Shown in pieces: positions 56,605-64,000 of a DNA stretch of 64,000 nucleotides. The translations under genes and the position numbers were made by a program. Where the stretch lies: NCBI RefSeq assembly GCF_030144855.1, contig NC_082725.1, positions 10,478,001-10,542,000 of the forward strand. Reading direction: 5' to 3'. Each line of letters begins with the position of its first letter. Position 1 is the first letter of the stretch. Source of the DNA: Hypanus sabinus (taxonomy: Eukaryota). The notes under the pieces are model-generated. The model worked only from the letters and a program-made list of their open reading frames with translations. It did not search any database and was not told where the DNA came from.

Positions 56605-58970
56605 CGTTTTGCCCGACTTACAATCATCTGCTCAGACAGAGTTTGATGTCAATGTTATAGCACGATCTTGACTATCAGCACAAAAGATAAAATAGCTTTG
56701 AGTTACCCGTGTATCATGCTATGGACTCCAGGTGAACCCTAGCGACTGAACGACCTCAATTACTGACGAAAGGAAAGAAAAAAAATGCTCTTTTCATGAT
56801 GGAGACACATTGTATTTCATATTGAAAAATCGACCACGGTATTTCTCCTATCTCCCGTGTAAATGTAGCAGGTAAATCTTTCGAAACTGTACCAAAAAAA
56901 AATCAAGAGACCTTTGTCTAAAAAGATAATTCAATTGTTTTATTTAAGTTCGCACTGAAATAAGCATTTTAGGATTTGAAATACAGCAGAAGTCTGTCGA
57001 ATTCCAATATACAACAGGGTACACAGTCCTCCCCTAGGCAAAGATCGACATCAATTAAATTTAGATTCATAGAAACCTTCTTTAAAAAAGAAATGTAGAA
57101 CAACTGCTGCTAATTTAGAATTAATGAACATTTCAAAAGTACATATGTTTGCACTGACATCCTATTTAAATCATAAAATTATATAGGTATGTGTCCTACT
57201 CTGTATTCTTTTCATTTCCGTTTTGTTCATATCGATGGAAGTGTAACATCTGAGAGTAACATAACTACATATAAAGCTGTTAAAAAGCTTAGTTATTTGC
57301 TCAATTACTTCTATTTATTTGAACAACTCCTTGGCTATGTCTTTATCTCTTATTTTTTCACTACTAAAATAAATTTCTGTAGGTAATATGAAAATATAAA
57401 TTATATAAAGAATGACAAATACACAAGCTAACATTAGAATCATTGTAGGATTACGGCCAGCGTTTAAAACGTATTACAAACAAATGTTAGCCGTGCTTGT
57501 AATCTTAACGACTAAGTAAACTAATAAGTAAACGACTAAATCATAGAAGAAGGTCAAATTTTGTTTGGGGCATTAAATCCAGATATAATATTTTAAACAA
57601 ATATAAGTATTTAAATAGCACCGCTGCCGTTTGGTCATATTATAGATCATGATCAAATATGTCCTAGCTTAAGATACCGATAGAAAATATAAAGCCATGT
57701 AAAACGGTCTTATATTTCTTGATTTTCATCATTGTTAGCAAATTATGAGTAACGGGATGCAACGTATTTTGGAAACCAATATTAGCGTTCTACCTAGAAA
57801 CTGGAGAATGCGTGCATTCGAATATCATTAACACACAGGTAATGGATTAGGGAAGTAAAAAGAGCATCGAGTTGTAGGGATAAACGAAATTAATGCTTGT
57901 TAGGAGCAGGCCAAATTGCATAATCAGTACACCAACAGTTTGCAAAAAAAGAACAATCTATTTCATATGTGATACCAAAACAAATGCATTATTCAGTAGG
58001 TCAAGGAGCCATCTTTACTCGGAGTCCATATAACCTTCTTCACACCCCCTACCCCCACCCACTCCTCCATCCCATTCTTCTTGAAACTTACAATATTGCT
58101 TTAAAATACAGATTTCAGATTATATTTAGTTAATGTATGTATGGATAAAAAGGAGTAAAATTTCTGACAGAGTAAGGGACTCATAGAAAAGTGGCGGATT
58201 TTGGTGAAAGAAGGAACCGGCATGATGTTGTATAACAGATGCGAATAAAGAGAAGACAGGAATCCATCATGCATAAATGGACCTTTTTTCCTTCGCTAAG
58301 AAAGATGGAAAACTTATTTTAAACGAATAATTTCGTTTTGCAATTTTGACACTTGTTACTAGAATAGTTTGTTGGAAATTAAAACGTTTTCCGAAGCGGG
58401 AAATCATTGGAGAGGGAACACTCCATTGGTGAAATTAGGAAACAGGACTTCTTGTCACCATTTTTAAGATTGAAGGTCATATATTAAAAACGTTTTCCCT
58501 AAAATAGTAGATTTATTTTATGAGAACGACATTCTGACATAAAATATTGGGGAAGAAGTTTGTAGAGGGATGGAGGCACGAGTGAATGGATTTCAAATTA
58601 AATGCAGATGTATTAGTAACACAATGCAGCCCATTGTGCAACTTTTTTGTATGTTAAAATTAATATCAAATCTAAAAAGAAAATTATCTGATCCCAGGTA
58701 TTTTTAAATGTTATTTAATATTTTCCCGAATTATTTTTTTCTGAGTTTGATCAATCAGATTTTTACAAATGAATTGATCTTTCACTAGAAGTTATATTTA
58801 CAAACATTGAATCACGGCTACAGAAATGGCTATTGCGACACTCGGGACTGTATAGAAACCATGCATTTTGGCTACTTTTCCCCCCTCCACAAAGGTAATG
58901 ACCTGGGTAAAACACTCTGGTATTTGAAAGAGCACTATAGGCCTTTTAGAAATGGCTAAGTCCAAGGCCG

Positions 58971-58987
58971 AGGTGAAATTCAGGTCA
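58971..58987 (+). promoter_or_regulatory. DR5 retinoic-acid response element upstream of HoxA4
   Basis: AGGTGA-aattc-AGGTCA, 2946 bp upstream of the HoxA4 ATG. Matches the sequence type and distance of the known mammalian HOXA4 5' RARE. Confidence 0.88.
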
Positions 58988-61794
58988 CCGCGTCTAACAA
59001 ATATGAAAATGTCGCCTCACGAATGGCACGCCTTGTTACTTAACAAAGACTGTCAATGTATAAGATTAATAAGAAACAAAATGCACACGGTGTCACTTTT
59101 CGGTCACTTCCAAACTTAGCTTCGCGTATCCCTTACGAAATCTCATTTCATTGAATAAAACCTTTTGTTTTGTTTCCCGTGTCGAAGTCCAATAAATGCA
59201 CAGTTGTGCGGCTCTGTGGGATGCGGTGCAAGCCTGCTCGAAGATGTATCTTCGAAATGTACCATTTTATTTGTTTTATTTTGTTTTTGACTCGGAGACC
59301 GGCTGTTTTAACCACATGCCCCAGATAGAGATGCGAAACAAGTACACTTTGGCATGATGCAATCTATCTGATAAACCCCGGGATGGATTCGGACGCCTAA
59401 TGAAGAAAATATGAAACTGTTAATCATCTAAACTACTGATTTGCTGTTCGGAAGAGTTAAGACTGGTAAAGTGTAATTTCTGATTTATTAAAACGCGAAA
59501 ACAAATCTTCCATTCAGTGCCTCAGAACTTGAATCCTCTTTTACGTGAAACAGATTTCACGAACTCGACTCTTTCTAAAATTAAAATTTCGTGGAAGTTC
59601 TTAAGTTGCCCAGGTTTTGGAAATGTCGTAAAAAAAAGCGTTAACTTTGCCTCTCTCTTTAAAATGGCTGTAAATCTACCCTTGCAGTAAAAATGTCAAA
59701 TGTGCACGCAGGCGAGGTAACACTTGGGGGTCTTGGCTCCATCTCTGTTTATTATGGAAAAAATGCTTTGGCGACTGACCTACACTCGCTCGTTTTCAGA
59801 AACGCCCTGTGTTTATACGATGAGCTCTAATTCCCCATTTTTCGACAAAAAACGTAAATACAGATATCACTCGAGCTAATTAGTAGACTGCTTTATTTAC
59901 CGGCAATTTATTTGGTTAATGCAAACCAATGCACACTACGCCTACCAAAGGGTAGTCATGGGGCGTGTGGTAATGGTGGGGGCACAAGAATTTTAGGAAG
60001 TTTATATTTCTTATAAAGGGTGTTGTTTAAAAGAAAGTAAAATTTTATTGGCATACTCTAGACCATATTATTTCATAACATTGTAGGGAATATTATACTT
60101 TATTTAAATATAAACATGCACAGAATATATTCTAGGGGGTGTACAAAATAAAATCGCACAAGAAATTTATGTTGCTGTTTTAAGTTGTCCCTTCCTTGTA
60201 CGGTGAGTAGTGGAAATAAGCATGTATTAATTACACCGAACGTCAATTGATTTTTACAGCATGGTGTTTAATTGAACGCGTTCTAATGGGCGATTACACT
60301 CCGCTGCAGAACAGGCTGGGTTGGTAAATGTACTCTACTAAATATGTGTTCCAGTGCATGGAAAAGATCCACTCTAATAAAATGTGAGCAAATGTGCCTG
60401 GATACAGTGTGCCGTTCAAACAATAAAATTGAGATTTTAACGCATCCCTTATTGACAAGAACGAATGCTAATGAATCACTTTTATGGCAGTCCAGAAAGC
60501 ATATTGCATATGCTTATTTTGGAAATGTAACGCGCAATGCAGCAACTTGCCACTTCTTCTGTTGAGGCAACTTCTTATTGCATGTATTCGAAAAAGATCA
60601 GAATTCGCATGTAAGCATGATAGAATTTTAATCAGTTTAACTAATCTAAAACGCTAATTAGCTTGCTCAATTTATTATTGTCTTTTGAAGGAAAAGACAG
60701 TAAACATTAGAAGGCGTTATCAAATACCACTGGTGTTTTAATGCATTGCTTTAACAGATAAGATTTATTAAAGTTACATGTTTCCTGCATCCACTCTTAA
60801 CCGTGATATTGTAGAATTACCTGAAATTTAATTGTTTTTTTTCAGTAATTAGCTATGCAAGGAGATGAAACAAGCTTCGTTTCAGATTGAATTGTGCAAA
60901 ATTAACAATGTTTATTAAATTCCCTTTAACATATATCCATTCAAATTAATCGATTTACTGAACATTTGTGCTTTCTGCATGTTTTTATACATAAAAGTAA
61001 TGCAATCAGTATACATCTTAACAGCCCATTTCCAATAATACAATGTTCGTTTCTGTCACTCTTATTTCACCTAGCTCAATTAAATCAGATTTTAAAAAAT
61101 AATATCGTAGGACAATATTAAATTAAAAATATTGCACAATCGAACAATTAAATGGAAGTTTTAACAAAATTTTATTGTATCACGTTGTTAGTATCAATTG
61201 ATTACATCACGTTTAGTAGTATACATGAAGCAGTTGGACACAATCTTTCAACATTCTCTTGTGTTATCTAACCCTTAGCGAATGTGATTTTACATTGAGA
61301 TCTTACTGAGATATTCGAAAAGACACAGGTTTTATTTCATTAAACCTAACATTTTTAAGAATTTTATGGGAATTCTTTCAAAGGCTGAATCTCAGAATGT
61401 CTTCAGTGGCATCTGTTACTCCAGTGAACTCTCGGAATTATGCCACCAAATAGCCTTAACTTCCCTGCGATATATGCTTATAGAGTCGCATTCTCAGAAA
61501 TTAGTAAACTATTTAAGATAGTATCAGACATCTCTTGACACTATCTTGTGATATTTTCCCCCGTTAACACACGTCATGCAAATATCTGTTGTCTTTATAA
61601 TATCGTGACATAACTGCCTATTTAAAATTATTTTGCAATTAGATTTTTTTCCTGATTACTACAGTTTTTTTTCTATCTATGCGGCAACATAATTTCGGGG
61701 AAACGAGATTTTGAATGATAATATGGAATTTTTCACTGGACTCCATGCATTCATCATTGGTGTATTTCCTTATCCGGGACCCACAGCCACTCGT

Positions 61795-61916
61795 CCCATT
61801 GGCTGCTTACATCACATGAACAGCTAACTTTATACACTTGACAGCAAGTAGGAGGGTTTTATGGAACAGAAAAACGACAACGCGAGAAAAATTAGTATTT
61901 TGCACTTCAGAAATTA
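61795..61916 (+). promoter_or_regulatory. HoxA4 proximal promoter / conserved Hox4 5' leader
   Basis: cattggc...tcacatg followed by taactttat...tgacagcaagtaggagggttttatggaacagaaaaacgacaacgcgagaaaaattagtatttt...cagaaattaATG, the typical Hox4 leader. Confidence 0.7.
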
Positions 61917-63010
61917 ATGACCATGAGTTCGTTTTTGATAAACTCCAACTACGTTGAGCCAAAATTTCCACCTTGTGAGGAATATTCTCAAAATAACTAC
62001 ATACCAAGCCAATCTCCTGAATACTACGAGCGGCCGCGGGACACTGGATTCCATCATGAGGCACTATACCCACAATCAAACTACCCAGAGCCGACCTACA
62101 GCTTCAACAATGTCCAAGGCACTGGCAACCAGGACATGTCGCAAAGGGGTCATATGCAGTCGCAGACTAGCCTCCAAAATCACATACCGAGACAGAATCA
62201 GCTTTGTGAAGTGGTCCCAGTAGCTACACCAGCATTGTGTGGCCAAAATGCGAAAAATCCCACTGCCCAGAAGGGTACTCTCAGCAAAGAGCCCATAGTT
62301 TACCCGTGGATGAAGAAAATTCACGTTACCACCGGTAAGTAACTAAAGCAAACTGAAACAATTAAAATTCACTTGAAATCGAATGTGCGGAACCCTTTCT
62401 GTAACTAGCCCGTTCATGAGATTTACGATCACCTAACTGTTAGGTCGGTAATTACAGAGCCCATAAATTTGATTGCTCTGGATCTCGCTTCTGGCCATGT
62501 GTCTTTGATGCTTTTCTAACCTAAATACCCAGAGCCATTTTATTGCAGTAGATTGTTCTCCGTTGTCAGAACACTTTGACAAAAAACTCTGGACTTTTAT
62601 AACCTTCATTCACGTGCATCTAATCCCATTGTCAGATTCGTGCCTGTCTCTGTATTTATGTTTGGTTACTTTTTTTTTGTTCAGTGAACCCAAATTACAC
62701 TGGAGGAGAACCCAAACGGTCTCGAACTGCTTACACGAGACAACAAGTATTAGAGCTGGAAAAGGAGTTCCATTTTAACCGTTACCTAACCAGGCGTCGA
62801 CGCATTGAGATTGCACACACTCTTTGCCTGTCTGAACGCCAGGTGAAGATCTGGTTTCAGAACAGAAGGATGAAGTGGAAGAAAGATCACAAACTGCCTA
62901 ACACTAAGATGCGTTCTGCTAGCTCATCATCTTCTGCAAGCCAGCAAACACAAGTATCCTCCCAGGGCCCACAGCCAGATGGTTCAGCACCAAATTCATC
63001 AAGCCTATAG
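61917..63010 (+). CDS. hoxa4: Homeobox protein Hox-A4; join(61917..62334,62685..63010), 247 aa
   Basis: Starts [23 protein letters not shown]; hexapeptide [10 protein letters not shown]. Donor g|gtaagt at 62335 and acceptor ttcag at 62684. Exon 2 reads [22 protein letters not shown]...[12 protein letters not shown]. Confidence 0.97.
62418..62476 (+). promoter_or_regulatory. HB1-type homeodomain-binding element in the HoxA4 intron
   Basis: gatttacga...gtaattacagagcccataaattt: the TAATTA + CCATAAA arrangement typical of Hox4 introns. Confidence 0.7.
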
Positions 63011-64000
63011 CTGCTTCGAGTCTCCAACCCCTCTCCCACAACATAGTTTGGACCAAAATGTGTTCGCCACATAATTGACTTGAATGTGGAAGGATTTCTT
63101 GGCAATGAGAATTTTCTTCCAAAGGAAATATGCTGTTAACCTCATTAGGGCCACGCATTTCTATTGTGTTAACCCATTCTCAGCAGACTTTAAAAATGTT
63201 TTACTGTTTCATTGGGTACGTTCTCTATCCTTCAATATCCCTATATGAACCGATGCTAAGTTCTGTCAAAGTGGCTTCTACCATGATATTCAAAGCAAAA
63301 AGAGCAAAGGACCGTGATTAATAGATATTGTGAGGAACCGTAAGCGTCATCATTTCAACTAGTGTAGTCTGTTGAAATATTTGTGAGAATATAAGAATAA
63401 ACATGTTTTAGAAAATGAGAAGGGCAGCAATATTTGTGGATGTGGAAATGGTTTTTAGAGCAAATAAACTGTTCAGATGCTACATATATAGGAACTAAAT
63501 TATGTCGCCAGCGTTATTTAAGGTGTTTTCTTTATTTTAAATCTGTATCCTCTATATAGTTGTGGTACTGATATCAGTATAACGAATGTGCAAGAAGCTT
63601 ATTCAGAGATTTCAGTCGAGTTGTATATTTAACAATTTTGGTACAGTCCAAGTGTGACGAAACTGTACAAATCATTGGTAAGATTTGTGTAATTTCTGTG
63701 GATATTTCAGTGTGCTATGTGCAGTGCCAAATGTTCCTGAAACGAAAGACATAATTTACAGTGTGTAAACCAAAGCCCCAGGCTTTAAATAAAACGTTAA
63801 TTCGTGGACCATCTCAGTTCTTATGTGTACAATTTACTTGCAGCGAGGATTTGGTAAACACACCGAAGCTGAGAACTCCTTCCACTCCAAAACGTGACCA
63901 TACATTTAAGTAATTATTCACATTTTTAACTAAAAAATCTAGCTTTCTAAAAAAATTTGCAAAAAAATAGCCTGTGATTCCTAAGAATAATCCAGCGAAA

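Overview
Vertebrate genomic DNA containing the central part of a HoxA cluster. Seven two-exon homeobox genes lie on the + strand in colinear order: HoxA11, HoxA10, HoxA9, HoxA7, HoxA6, HoxA5, HoxA4. There is no paralogue-8 gene. A miR-196 hairpin sits between HoxA10 and HoxA9. The source is probably a cartilaginous fish (inference from compact proteins, retention of both A6 and A7, and a SacSINE1/AmnSINE1-type repeat tail). The intergenic DNA is nearly repeat-free and rich in regulatory motifs: a DR5 RARE about 2.9 kb upstream of HoxA4, HB1-type intron elements, the Hox7-6 four-cluster sequence, CTCF-like sites and Cdx/AbdB sites. Most notable observations: (1) a degenerate miR-10-like hairpin at the Hox5-Hox4 position, where HoxA clusters are thought to have lost miR-10; (2) a Hoxc8-early-enhancer-like element where HoxA8 is missing; (3) an in-cluster miR-196 circuit with five 8mer sites behind HoxA7, possibly gated by alternative polyadenylation; (4) candidate non-coding first exons of long-range transcripts; (5) five N-runs that look like masked conserved elements rather than assembly gaps. 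All cross-species comparisons are from recalled sequences and need alignment to confirm.
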